Assembly: GCA_964016885.1 (NCBI GenBank)
Contig: OZ024758.1
Coordinates: forward strand, 21,700,001 to 21,764,000
Direction of reading: 5' to 3'
Length of the DNA stretch: 64,000 nucleotides
Source: Eledone cirrhosa
Taxonomy: Eukaryota
Shown one piece after another: positions 63,897 to 64,000 of the stretch. A model generated the notes under the pieces. It was not told where the DNA came from. It worked only from the letters and a program-made list of their open reading frames with translations, and did not search any database. Position 1 is the stretch's first letter; the number at the start of each line of letters is the position of its first letter. A program made the translations under genes and the position numbers.

Positions 63897-64000
63897 CTGA
63901 TAGTGGGGTTAAGAACCCTCGGAGAAATGGAAAAAGATGAGTATTGACGCACATACTCATCTTTTTCCATTTCTCCGAGGGTTCTTAACCCCACTATCAG
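63897..64000. repeat. Perfect inverted repeat (48-bp arms, 8-nt loop) reaching the window edge
   Basis: ctgatagtggggttaagaaccctcggagaaatggaaaaagatgagtat and its exact reverse complement. Confidence 0.9.

Overview
Very AT-rich, microsatellite-saturated eukaryotic DNA with no recognisable intact host gene. The long ORFs in the track (YIYI..., poly-H/S/M) are simple-repeat artefacts. The dominant tRNA-derived SINE resembles octopus/cephalopod SINEs, so the source is probably a cephalopod (inference from memory, not a search). Decayed mobile DNA includes R4/Dong, L1/Tx1 and RTE LINE remnants, two non-autonomous Helitrons, a MITE, and satellites built from LINE and SINE pieces. The most notable signal is a dense, multi-family set of small (TA)n-embedded fold-back elements carrying minimal type I hammerhead ribozyme motifs. 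About 8 of these motifs are complete or nearly so, with covarying stems and rare core variants. About 10 others are 3' halves, and in several the inverted repeat turns around where hammerhead stem II should lie. This resembles Penelope-like pLTR / retrozyme biology. All calls are by eye and coordinates may be off by a few bases.
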